Shown piece by piece: positions 1-10,640 of a stretch of DNA of 64,000 nucleotides. The first letter of the stretch is position 1. Each line of letters starts with the position of its first letter. This stretch comes from Candidatus Latescibacterota bacterium (GTDB lineage: Bacteria > Latescibacterota > UBA2968): contig OZ240241.1 of assembly GCA_965198115.1 (NCBI GenBank), positions 7,552,001-7,616,000 on the forward strand. The letters run 5' to 3'. The notes below the pieces were generated by a model. It searched no databases. It had not been told where the DNA came from and saw only the letters and a program-made list of their open reading frames with translations. Position numbers and translations under genes: made by a program.

Positions 1-11
1 TTGCGATCTGG

Positions 12-683
12 GTGGCTCTGCTCTGCCTGGGTGAGGGGATTGCGGACGTCGCGGTTTCGGAGAGCCAGGTGCAGGAAGCTGTCGAGTCCTACGTGAACGA
101 TTTTCTAGATTTTAGCGGAGACTTGGAGATCACGGCTCGAAGAAGGGGTCCCGTGATGGTCAGTGGCACGGGCAGCGTGTCAGTCCAGGTCGTTCCTTCC
201 TCCCGACGCGTGAGCGCACGGGCGATTCCCGTTCTTGTGGAGTTTGTGCGTGGTCCGGTCGTCGTCGAGACGATTCCGGTCGTGGCCACCGTGCGCTATT
301 TCGAGCAGGTGCTCGTGGCGGCGCGACCGATTCAACGAGGAGAGAGGCTCGAATCCGAGGCAGTCAACCTGGAACGTCGCGAAGTGACCGCTCATCTGGA
401 CCGCTACTTTACGAATACGGACGATCTGGAAGGCAAGCGGGTGAAGACGCGGATCGGGTTCGGACGAACGATCGAGCCCCGCTACATCGAAGCGATTCCT
501 ACCGTGAGTAAAGGCGATCTGGTTCGAATCGAGGTGCGGCTCAGTGGGGTTACGGCGAGTGTGGAAGGCATTGCATCCGAGTCGGGTGTGACAGGCGACG
601 TGATCGTCGTCAAGAACGCCGCTTCCAGACAGAAGTTGATGGCTGAGGTCATCGGTCCTGGTCGCGTTCGCGTGGCGCTATGA
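12..683 (+). CDS. flgA: Flagellar basal-body P-ring formation chaperone FlgA (true start may lie upstream of the window)
   Basis: SAF domain (VLVAARPIQRGE) and C-terminal VSKGDLV...VKNAASRQKLMAEVIGPGRV; directly upstream of flgH. Confidence 0.9.
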   Translation: MALLCLGEGIADVAVSESQVQEAVESYVNDFLDFSGDLEITARRRGPVMVSGTGSVSVQVVPSSRRVSARAIPVLVEFVRGPVVVETIPVVATVRYFEQVLVAARPIQRGERLESEAVNLERREVTAHLDRYFTNTDDLEGKRVKTRIGFGRTIEPRYIEAIPTVSKGDLVRIEVRLSGVTASVEGIASESGVTGDVIVVKNAASRQKLMAEVIGPGRVRVAL

Positions 684-709
684 ACGTCGGGAGAAAAGGT
701 GAACGAGCG

Positions 710-1297
710 ATGATACGATTGATTTTCACTCTTGCCCTAATGCTGGCCCCAGGGTTGGCCGATGGGCAAAGTTTATTCGGGTCACGGGGATCCGCACGGT
801 CCGAGTCGATGTTCGAGGATCGACGCGCTCCGCGCGCTCAGCGCATCGGTGACATCCTGACGGTGCTGGTCATGGAAAGCACATCCGCCAGCAACACAGC
901 AGTCGTCGACACGGAAAAGGACGCGACGCTGAACTGGACCAGCCCCGGAGGGTTGAAAATCCCGGGATTCGGCCTGACGGGCACGGCGACGAGCGAATTC
1001 GAAGGCGAAGGGACGACGACACGGGAGCAGACCATCACCGCCCGCGTAAGCGTGACGGTCGTCGATGTGCGTCCGAACGGCGATCTGGTCGTGGAAGGCA
1101 GCCGCGTGATCGACATCAATGGCGAAAGCGAGATCATCTACCTGACCGGCGCGATCAATCCGTTCATCATCCCGGCCACGAATACAGTCGAGTCCTATCG
1201 AATCGCCGATCTCCAGGTGTCTTACAAGGGCAAGGGCGTGATTTCGCAGGGTACACGACCCGGATTCTTCATCCGATTCCTGAACTGGGTGTTTTAG
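710..1297 (+). CDS. flgH: Flagellar L-ring protein FlgH
   Basis: Motifs DRRA..IGDILTVLVMESTSAS, ITARVSVTVVDVRPNGDLVVEG, C-terminal PGFFIRFLNWVF; RBS AGGTGA before ATG 710 (alternative start 680). Confidence 0.93.
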   Translation: MIRLIFTLALMLAPGLADGQSLFGSRGSARSESMFEDRRAPRAQRIGDILTVLVMESTSASNTAVVDTEKDATLNWTSPGGLKIPGFGLTGTATSEFEGEGTTTREQTITARVSVTVVDVRPNGDLVVEGSRVIDINGESEIIYLTGAINPFIIPATNTVESYRIADLQVSYKGKGVISQGTRPGFFIRFLNWVF

Positions 1298-1299
1298 TC

Positions 1300-1838
1300 A
1301 TGCGAACGATTTTGCTGATCCTCGGTCTACTGATTCTATCCGATGGTGCTGACGCTCAGTTCGAGGTGGAGTTCGACCCCCAGAGGGTTCGGCTCAAGGA
1401 CCTCGGTGAGATTCAGACGTTGCAGGAAGTTCAGCTGCTGGGCTATGGGCTGGTAGTCGGTCTCGAAGGTGTCGGCGACGGTCGTGGAGCTCCCTTTACG
1501 ATTCAGTCGTTGGCCAACCTGATGCGGAATATGGGTGTGGAGGTGGACGCCGCGCAGATTCGGGCGAACAACACGGCGGCCGCGATGGTGACTGCGACGA
1601 TCGGGCCGACAGCCCGCGTCGGGTCCCGGCTCGATGTGACCGTTTCGTCGATCGGCGATGCGGGAAGTCTGGAGGGCGGGGTTCTGTTGATGACGCCGCT
1701 TCAGGCGGATCCACCGAACGGGCCGATCGTGGCCATCGCCCAAGGTCCGCTATCGATCGGCGGATTCAACGCCGAAGGAGGCGGTGGTGCGGTGCGGAAG
1801 AATCATCCCGTCGTCGGACGGATTCCCAACGGCGCGAT
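1300..1838 (+). pseudogene. flgI: N-terminal half of flagellar P-ring protein FlgI, fused in frame to FlgN
   Basis: RLKDL, QLLGYGLVVGLEGVGD, AAAMVTA, LDVTVSSIGDAGSLEGGVLLMTPL, VGRIPNGAI; FlgI similarity stops after about 180 aa. Confidence 0.85.
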
Positions 1839-2328
1839 CTTTCTGGAACTCGTTGAAATCATTCAACTCGAGGTCGGCGCCTTCGAAGCGCTGCTCAAAA
1901 CGTTGACGCAGGAGCAGGTCGCTCTGGTCAAGCAGAACGTCCACGCCATCGAGGAAGCCGTCACGACGCAGCAGACGCTCGTCGAGCGTGCACGTGCCCT
2001 CGAAACGGCCCGGATTCAAGTGATCGAACGACTGGCCGGACCCACGGACACATCGCCCGAGTCGGTCACGCTCAGGCAGCTGATCGACCGGATCGAAGAC
2101 CCCCAGGCGCAGAAGCTGCGCGAGCTGCGCGAGCAACTGCTCACGCTTCAGGAAGACATCCGGCGGGTGAATCAGCACAATTCTGCGCTGGTCAAGCAGT
2201 CGATGAAATACGTGGACAAGACGCTGAATATCCTGACCGGTGAAGGACCGGCCACGGGCGTCTACGGACAGTCCGGCAAAGTGGCTTCGAAGTCCACTTC
2301 CAGAGCCGTCGTCAACCACGTCGCATAA
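1839..2328 (+). CDS. flgN: FlgN export chaperone, lacking its own start (C-terminal part of the 1300-2328 ORF)
   Basis: Helical protein ending IRRVNQHNSALVKQSMKYVDKTLNIL...YGQSGK, typical of FlgN; lies just before flgK. Confidence 0.75.
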
Positions 2329-2438
2329 TGACCATCCCGAGCCCCAATCGGGACCGTTGGGCCTTTCGGAGCGAGGATTCCACCCACCCCTGGCCTCCTC
2401 CGAGGGCCCGACAATACACTATTCGTGTGAGGTAGTCG

Positions 2439-3784
2439 GTGTCGTCACTCGGTAGAATCATCCAGATCGGTGTCAGCGGCAACGGTCGATAACCTGGGAA
2501 CCGGTGTCGAATTCGCCACGCTGACCCGCGCTCGTGACATCATTCTCGATCGTCAGTCCCGGTTCGAGGCGGGAAACGTCGGGCGTCTGGATTTTCTGGA
2601 ATCCTCGTTCTCGACGCTGGAATCGATTTTTACGGAAGTGGCCGGCGGCGGTACGACGGAAACGGGGTCCATATTCGACATCGACGGTGGCGCAGCCCTG
2701 ACTGGCGCATTGAGTCGATTCTTCACGGCATTCCAGGATTTGGCGAACAACCCGGAGAGCCAGGCCACTCGCGCGGCTGTTCGCGAAGAAGCAACCCTCC
2801 TGACCGAGCAGTTTCACAGGATTGACAGCCAACTCGCAGTGATGAAGGATGATCTGGACCGGGAGCTGCAAAGCACGACGACCGCCGTGAACGCGCTGAC
2901 GCGGCAGATCGCGATCCTGAACGAAAAGATTCTGGCCACGAAAGAAAACGTGCTGGACGTAGCCGGTGACCTGGACGACGAACGAGATCGTTTGATCGAC
3001 GATCTCGCAGAGCTGATAGACGCGACGGCGATCGAGCAGACGGATGGCACGGTGACCGTGACAGGGTCGACGGGCGAGGGTGTGTTGCTCGTCGATCGGG
3101 ATCGGTCGTTCGATCTCGAAATTCGTCTCGTCGCCAGCGGCAGCACGGTTTCCGCGAATCTGGTCACGGTCAACGAGGCCAGCCCCGTGCCCGTGAGGAC
3201 GGGTAAGATTGCGGGGATTCTGGAGGCTCGGGACGAGCACCTCGTGCGATTCGAGGGTGAACTGAATCTGTTGGCCGCCACGCTCGTGGATGAACTCAAC
3301 GCCCAGCACGCGGCAGGATTCGGGCTCGACGGGTCTTCCGGGAACACCTTTTTTCGGTCCGCGGGGACGACGGCTCAGCTAATCGAAGTGTCGGACACGG
3401 TCCTGAATAACCTGGACAAGATGCGCGGCTGCCGGTCCGAGCCAGGGGAACCCCAACGTGACGGCGGGTCCGGGCGACGGCGGAAACGCGCTCGAGTTGT
3501 CGGATGTGAGACTGAAAAAGCTGTTCGGCGGGGGAACCCAGACGATCGAGGAATTTTACGCCGATGTGATCGGGCAGCTGGGAGCGGAGGCGAAACGGAT
3601 TTTCACGTCGGCCGAGAGTCAACGTCTCGTTCAGGCGCAGGTGGACGTGCGGCGGGAAAACGTCCGCGGTGTGTCGATCAACGAGGAGGCCAGTCAGCTG
3701 ATTCTGTTCCAGCGTGCCTACCAGGCGGCAGCTCGCGTCGTGACCGCCGTAGACCAGATGATGCAGACGGTTTTGGACATTTAG
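2439..3784 (+). CDS. flgK: Hook-associated protein FlgK; apparent deletion near 2480 and frameshift near 3421
   Basis: RBS GAGGT then GTG 2439 (MSSLGRIIQIGVSG) jumps out of frame to NLGTGV; FFTAFQDLANNPES; C-terminal GVSINEEASQLILFQRAYQAAARVV. Confidence 0.9.
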
Positions 3785-3810
3785 ACAGGCACATAACCTA
3801 GTGTAAAATC

Positions 3811-3839
3811 TTGAATTAACGGCATATGTGTCCTATAAT
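3811..3839 (+). promoter_or_regulatory. sigma70-type promoter between flgK and flgL
   Basis: TTGAAT-17 nt-TATAAT in an AT-rich gap. Confidence 0.55.
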
Positions 3840-3865
3840 CAGCCAGATAAGGTCAGGTGATCGAG

Positions 3866-5063
3866 ATGCGGGTCGCTGATACCGTTTTATCGTCGACGGT
3901 GACGAATAACCTTCGTCAATCGCTCAGCCGTATCAATAGATTCCAAACTGATCTGTCGACGGGTGTCAAGATTCACGACGCGTCGGACAATCCTGCAGGC
4001 GCGGCGCGATCGCTGCTTCTGCGGTCGGACATTCGGAATAACCAACAGTTTCAGCGGAACATCGGCGAAGCCCTCGGACAAATGGACTTTGTCGATTCGA
4101 CCTCGACAGTCTGATGAACACGGTCATCGATCTTCAGGGGATCGCCATCGCCGGTGCGAGCGACACGGTCAATCCCGAGGATCGCGAGATCATGGCTCGT
4201 GAGGTCAACGAGCTGCTCGAGCTCGCGGTGAGCGTCGGTCAAACCAAGTTCCGAGGTCGGTTCGTCTTCGCCGGGACCGAGACGCTGGAAAAGCCCTATG
4301 AGGACATTCGCGATTCCGCCGGTCAGATCACCGACGTCGGAAACGCGCTTCGTGCGAGCGTTACCTTGAGCGACCGGGCCACTGCGGTAGGCACGCTGCT
4401 CGGTCTGGCGACGCCACCCGCAGGGACGGTCACGGTCGGAGACCAGACGGTTGCGATCGATCTGGCAACGGATTCGCTCGACGACATCAAAGCAAGCATC
4501 GACGCCGCGGCGCCCACGGGTGTCACGGTCACGATCGAAGAGTCAGTCCGCAACGGTCAGCCGTCGTTCAAGCTTCGGATCAGCGGGACCGCGACGGTCG
4601 CCGACAGCAACAACGTGCTCGGGACCCTGAACATCGGGAACGTCGACACGACGAAGGCGATGCTGCGTGAAGTGGGCGCGGGATCCACGTACAGGTGAAC
4701 ACGGCGGGGCAGGACCTGTTCGAAGGCGCCCAGAACGTGTTCACGTCGTTGATCAGCCTTCGGGACGCGCTGAACGGTAACAACATCGACGGAATCCGGT
4801 CTTCGATCACAGACATGCGAGTCGCCCGAGATAAGATTTCGGAAGTACGTGGCGTTCTTGGGTCTCGATCGGAGCGTGTTGAAGTTCAAAGGAGCCTGCT
4901 CGAACGGTTCGAGGTGAACCTGACGAGTTCGCTTTCGATTACCGAAGACGCGGACTTGTCGGAAACGGTCCTGAACCTGCAGCAGGCGCAGACGATCTTT
5001 CAATCCGCTCTCATAGCGGGGCAGTCGGTGTTCCAGCCCACCCTGCTCGATTTCCTGCGGTAG
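3866..5063 (+). CDS. flgL: Hook-associated protein FlgL, split by two frameshifts (about 4100 and 4682)
   Basis: LSTGVKIHDASDNPAGAA; GRFVFAGTET; C-terminal EDADLSETV...PTLLDFLR; both breaks are repaired by adding one base to a short homopolymer. Confidence 0.9.
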
Positions 5064-5131
5064 GGCGCGAGGAAACGATGCACGCCCTCGCAAGCCCACA
5101 ACGGCGCCATCCCATCCAGGGATACACGCTT

Positions 5132-5581
5132 ATGGCCGAAGACTCCATCCGGTTCAGCCACGTTCGATTCGGCGAGCAGGAGACCACGCGGGACAAGGTG
5201 ATCGAGTTCCCCGACGGTGTACCTGGATTCGAGCGCCACCGGGAGTTCGCGCTGTTCGAGGACCCCAACAGCGAGCCGTTCCAGTGGTTTCTCTCGATCG
5301 AAAACGAAGAGCTCGGGTTTGTCGTGATCAACCCGCTCTACCTCTGGCCTGATTACGATCCGAAGATTGGCAAAGCAGACCTCAAAAGTCTGGAGATCAC
5401 CGATACGAACGAGATTCTGATCTATTCGATCGTAACGCTTTCGGACAATCCGGAACTCGTTACGGCGAACCTCAGCGGTCCGATACTCATTAACACGTCG
5501 AACCGCAAAGCCAGGCAACTGGCGCTGCTTGACGATCGGTACACCACCAAACACAAGATCCTGGACGCTGAAACGGTGTAG
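5132..5581 (+). CDS. fliW: Flagellar assembly factor FliW
   Basis: IEFPDGVPGFE, FQWFLSIE, FVVINP, TANLSGPILIN; adjacent to csrA. Confidence 0.93.
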   Translation: MAEDSIRFSHVRFGEQETTRDKVIEFPDGVPGFERHREFALFEDPNSEPFQWFLSIENEELGFVVINPLYLWPDYDPKIGKADLKSLEITDTNEILIYSIVTLSDNPELVTANLSGPILINTSNRKARQLALLDDRYTTKHKILDAETV

Positions 5582-5602
5582 GGCGTCGGGAGGGCGACTG
5601 CT

Positions 5603-5845
5603 GTGCTCGTATTAACACGGAAGTTAGGCGAGAGCATCGTCATCGGTAACCACGTGAGGGTCACTGTCCTGGACATGCAGGGCAAGCAGATCCGGCTGGG
5701 TATCGATGCCCCTTCCGAAGTGTCTGTTCACCGTGGCGAGGTGTACGAGCGCATCGAAGAAGAGAATCGTCGAGCAGCGGAAACGGCCCACGCGGACATT
5801 TCCAAACTCACGCAGGTGGTCAAATCGAAGGGCACCCAGGGCTGA
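5603..5845 (+). CDS. csrA: Carbon storage regulator CsrA
   Basis: [15 protein letters not shown]...[19 protein letters not shown]. Confidence 0.96.
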   Translation: MLVLTRKLGESIVIGNHVRVTVLDMQGKQIRLGIDAPSEVSVHRGEVYERIEEENRRAAETAHADISKLTQVVKSKGTQG

Positions 5846-5905
5846 CGCCCGTCAGCCGTCCGTTTCGATTCAGCGCCACCGCCTCCTTCGCTCAGACTTA
5901 AGTCC

Positions 5906-5932
5906 TCAAGGACTTCAGGGACCTGCCGATAT
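5906..5932 (+). promoter_or_regulatory. sigma28 (FliA)-type promoter
   Basis: TCAAG-14 nt-GCCGATAT, within a flagellar cluster. Confidence 0.7.
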
Positions 5933-6108
5933 CGAGGATACAGGCCCGATCCTGCCGGATCGACACGATCTGGATCGGCCCTGACACCCCTCGTCAGCTT
6001 CCCGGCGGACCCATCCCAGCCGACCGGTTTCCAGAGATCATCACCGACCACGTTGCTTTTTGTCTCATCGGGTAACGCCTGAGAGACGCAACCGCTCTGG
6101 AGCGCCGA

Positions 6109-9100
6109 ATGCACCGGCTCAGAATCCTGACCTTCAACTGGCACGACCCCTACATCTACCTGTTTGCCCGAACCAGTCACGACATCCACGTCGGGGACTG
6201 GATGCAGCGCGCTGACGGCACCCGCGGCTGGGATCTCCGCAAGCGGCCCGTGCCCTCGAATGTGACGCTCATCGACGGCGAAGAGAAAGCCCGTGCCGCT
6301 ATCCAGAATGGCTCGCTGTCGCGCACACGCTGCAGGATATCGCTTTCCTGGAGCGTTTCGATATCGCGACGGTGTTCCTGACTCACAATGCCCTCCAGAA
6401 CGACGGCCACAACGACCCCCACGCCATGGGAGAGATTCGCCAGACCGTGCAATCCTTCCTCAGTCGTCGAAACGGCGTTTTCGCGGCGATTTCGGGAATG
6501 AAGCGCGACAGTTGGGGGCTCGACGGTCCGATCGTCAAGCCCGGCATCCCACTCGACGACTACGATGGTTTCGAGGGGTCGGTGGCTGAGGCCTTGTCGG
6601 TCGGAAACCTGTTCGTCGAACGCGACTTCATGCTCGGTTACAGCGCGATCGCCGAAGGTCTGGCCGACCTGCCGTATCGTCTGGTCGGCGTCAATCCAAG
6701 CCTGCCTGGCGTGCGTCAGGCCGAAGACTGGGACGAGCTCAGATCTTTTTACCGTACTCACCGCGTTTACGTGAACGCCACCGTCGAAGCGTTCGAGGAT
6801 GGCTACAACCTCGGTATGCTCGAAGCCATGGCGACGGGGATGCCCGTCGTGACGACGCGCAATGCGACGTCGCCGATCGTGGACGGCCAAAACGGGTTCG
6901 TTTGCGACACGCCAGATCAGATGCGTGAGTGTGTGCAGAAGCTCCTGGACGATCCAGAACTGGCGCGGGCGATGGGATCGTGTGCGCGGGAAACCGTCGG
7001 TCGAGCATTCGGACTCGACGCCTTTCGTCGAGGCGTGGAATGGGATCTTCGGGACCTGCCTGAAGGCTTCAACGAAGGCTCAGGCCGTTGGATCGGAAGA
7101 GCGGCTGTCGGGCGCGTGCCGGCTCGACGTGTCCAGAGACGATCTGTTCCCCTACACGGGGGATGACGTGTCCACGCTCCTGGCAACAGCCAACCTGGAA
7201 GCTGTTTCGATTCCGAGGATCAAGCTCGACCGGACCGGGAACGGCTACCTCGTCGACGTTTCTCTCTACGATGCCGAGACTCAAAAGACCTACGCGTGGC
7301 AGGGCATCGAGGTGCCTGCCGGGGGCACGATCGGGTGGCCTTCCTTCCTGGCGAACCTTCCAGCGGAGTTGAAATCGATGATCGCCGGAGCGATCGAGCA
7401 GACGGTCGATGCCGTCTCCCAGGATGCCCGAGCCTCACAGACACCCACGGTGGTGGTTACGCTGAACGCGTGCGAGGGAGCGGTGTATCGGGTGGGTGAT
7501 GACAGGGTCACACCCGGGGACGCGCGCTCCGATATCTACCTGCATCACGCCAAACGGTATGCGTTCGCGACGCAGTTCTGCGAAGGCAAGCGTGTGCTGG
7601 AGGTGGGTGGAGGAACGGGTTACGGTGCCCGCATTCTGGCGCGTCACGCCGACTCTGTGGTGTCGATGGATCTGTCGGCCGAGGCGATGGCGTTCGGGAA
7701 TCGGACGTTCGCGGCCGACAATGTCGTTCGGGTCACGTCCGATGCCAGAAACATTGCCCTGGGCGATGTCACGTTCGACACGGCCGTCTGCTTCGAGATG
7801 ATCGAACACATCGAAGAGCACGACGCGTTGCTGGACGAGGTCCGACGTCTACTCGCACCGGACGGCACGTTCCTGGTGAGCACACCCAACAAGATCATCT
7901 ACGACCTACCCGGAAACGAGAACGACTACCACGTCGGGATGCTGTCCCGCGATGATTTCGAGCTTCTGATGGGACGGCATTTCGAGGACGTATCGATCGT
8001 GGCCCAGCGCAGGGCGACGCCCAGCGAGCCCTTTTACGAGGCATTCGGTTTCGATGAGAAGGCGACCGACGACCACGAAGTCTTCATCGCGATCTGCAAG
8101 GGACCGCGAGGCCGTTCCTCGATCGCAGGCGCGCACGTGGAGGCGCCACGCGTCGAGGTCCGCGATGAGCGGGCGGAGCTCCAGGACGACGCTCCATCGG
8201 ACGATCGTCTTCGCGTTCTGTTCAGCCACGTGTCGAACCCGATTTCGGCCGGTCGATACTACGTCGACGCCTTCCGTCGTCACTGCGATGTGATCACGTG
8301 CGGGCCGATGATCGATGACAACGAGCTGGCAGCCTGGCGCGAGGCGGAGCACGAGCACGCCTTCAAGACTCTGGAAGATGCCGATCGGGACAAGCTGGAA
8401 CCGATCCGGCGGGCAGCTGAGCCGTGCGACATTCCCATGCCGAGTGGCCGTGTGAACGTGGACGAGGTGCTGAAAGCCCTCCCGGGCGGCTGGATGCCCG
8501 ATCTGTTCGTCTGGTCGGACAGCGCGACAGGGTTCCTGCCCGTCGGTCTGGAGCAGCTGGGTTGTCCCGCGGCTTGTCTGGTCGGGGATACCCATATCGG
8601 GCAGATGGATTGGCGCATCGATTACGCCCGTCTGTTTACGCACACGTTCGTGATGTTCAATCGGCAGCACATTCCACACTTCCAACGAGCGGGAATCCCG
8701 AACGTGACGTGGCTGCCGGGAGCGTGCGATCCGGTCTTCCATAGCGGAGAGCGTGCCGGAAAACGGTTCGATGTCGGGTTCGTGGGTCAGACCCATCGCA
8801 CCTGGCACCCGGATCGCGTCCGTTTGCTTCAGCGGCTGATGGATGCCGGGGTCGACGTGTCTGTCGAGAGCAAGATTCTGGAAGAGATGGGTCGCTTCAA
8901 CGGACAATGCCGGGTCGTGTTCAACCGCAGTCTGAACGGCGACCTGAACATGCGTGTGTTCGAAGCGCTCTGCTCGGGGAGTCTGCTGTTGACGGATCGT
9001 CTGGGTCCGGAGTCGGGTCTGGATGGTCTGTTCGAGGACCGAAAGCATCTGGTACTCTACGACGAACACAACCTCGAAGAGCTCGTGAGTCACTACTTGA

Positions 9101-9567
9101 AGCACGAGGCCGAACGCGAATCGATCGCCGCAGCTGGACGTCAGGCCGTCCTGAACGGCCACACCTACGACCATCGCGTCGCCCAGATTCTGGAAACGGT
9201 TGCCAGCAGTCCTGAACACCGAACACCGAACACTCCGTCCAAGTCGCTCCAACGATCGAACCTTGCCGTACTCAACCGGATGATCCCATCGAGGAACTCG
9301 CCACCTACACCGGCGAAACAGTCGACGCGGTCCGGGATCAGATGGAATCGGCCGGCAGCGACCTGGCCGAGGTCTGGCGCGAGCAGGATCGAGCGTCAGC
9401 ATCGGAGATCGACGCCTTTTACAAGGAAACCGACCGATATCTCTACGACCTGACGGCCTTCAACTACAGCCCGATGTACACGGGCTGGCGTGGTGCGATC
9501 TACAATCTATGCCAGCAGGTGAGCGAGCAAGTGGGTCCACGCGGTTTCGATGTGTTGGATTTCGGGG
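6109..9567 (+). CDS. Giant multidomain glycosylation protein: GT4 + SAM methyltransferase + CgeB-like glycosyltransferase + truncated second methyltransferase; frameshifts near 6312, 7025 and 9220
   Basis: GT4 motif GYNLGMLEAMATGMPVV; SAM motif VLEVGGGTGYG; CgeB-like DLNMRVFEALCSG...HTYDHRV; then FYKETDRYLYDL and VLDFGG; ORF pieces join by single-frame shifts. Confidence 0.75.
9214..9234 (+). repeat. Heptamer tandem repeat (GAACACC)x3 inside the glycosyltransferase gene
   Basis: GAACACC GAACACC GAACACT; related units at 15457-15477, about 35354-35368 and 61003-61031. Confidence 0.8.
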
Positions 9568-10130
9568 GTGAGGCCGAGGCCGAGGATCCCGAGCGTCTCG
9601 CACTCGAGCCGACCGGCGTCCGGCAACGGTTCCTGTCCACCTACATCCAGCAGGTGGAGCAGATGGCATCGGCGTCGCCGTCCGAACAGGCGCTTCTTTC
9701 GGCGGCGATCTACCTTTGGAACGACGACTTGACTCGATCTCACGAGATCTGTCAACGCTTCGAACGGTCGATTCCCGACGCCAGCTTCATACACGGGATC
9801 GTTCACCGCCGCGAGCCCGACTTCAACAACGCGCGAGTATGGTTTGGTCGTGCCGAGGGCATTCGCGGCGGCGAGGCTATTCGCGATGCCGTGTTGGCCT
9901 TGCTTCAGCGTGTCCTTCAGATGCCCGACTACGGGGCCGCCCGGGACACGGCCTTCGCGTTGATTCAGCATTTGCAGAAGGTGGGCACGTGGGACCCCGT
10001 GCGTCTGCTGGCGTTGTGCGAGGAGGGTGAGTGGAAGGAGGACGCGGTTCTCTGTCGGCTTCTCGAGGAGATTCAGGAAGCAGAGCTTCTGGCCGCGATT
10101 GAAGTCATCGGATCACGCTCCGCGGCCTGA
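9568..10130 (+). CDS. Conserved hypothetical protein (HRREPD motif), fused in frame to the methyltransferase stump
   Basis: LWNDDLTRSHEICQ...HGIVHRREPDFNNARVWFGR, recalled as a standalone uncharacterised family. Confidence 0.6.
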
Positions 10131-10640
10131 GCGAGCATCGGCGGCGGGTCCCCGTTTGAGCAGGAAGGGTAGAAGGACGGCGGAGAGGACGATTTCGGGG
10201 ATGAGATAGGACAGGTTGTAGAGAGCGGAGTAGACCCACACGGTCGTACCTTCGGGGGCGTAGCTGCCGAAGAAGACGATGCCCGACAGGAAGTGCGCGA
10301 TGAATCGAGCGCCTCCGCCCACGAGACAGGCCACGACGACCGTAGCGGGGAAAAATCCGCTGATCCCGAGGACCCCGAAGGCAAGGGGGTAATCGAGCAC
10401 GACCTGTATCGGGTGATAGATGTGGGCGCCGAGCAAGAGCTGGATGAGCCCGCACAGGATTCCAGCGCTGACGGCCGGGCGGACACCGCCCCAGATGGCG
10501 AGGTAGAGGATAGGGAGGGATTCGAGAGAAATCGAGCCGCCGTAGGGCAGGCGGGGGAGCGGGAGCGCCTTGAGAATCAGGCCGAGGACGACAGCGAGCG
10601 CTGCCGTGGTCGCGATGAGGGTCAGGTCTCGAACGCTCAC
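10113..10640 (-). CDS. thiT: ECF-type thiamine transporter S component ThiT
   Basis: LPYGGSISLESLP, HPIQVVLDYPLAF, RFIAHFLSGIVFFGSYAPEG, VWVYSALYN. Confidence 0.88.
   Translation of the reverse strand: MSVRDLTLIATTAALAVVLGLILKALPLPRLPYGGSISLESLPILYLAIWGGVRPAVSAGILCGLIQLLLGAHIYHPIQVVLDYPLAFGVLGISGFFPATVVVACLVGGGARFIAHFLSGIVFFGSYAPEGTTVWVYSALYNLSYLIPEIVLSAVLLPFLLKRGPAADARSGRGA

Noticed and set aside
1830-9600. Deletion junctions all at GATC (restriction-ligation chimeras)
   Set aside because: Only the flgI junction coincides with GATC; the flgK and methyltransferase junctions do not, and GATC is very frequent here
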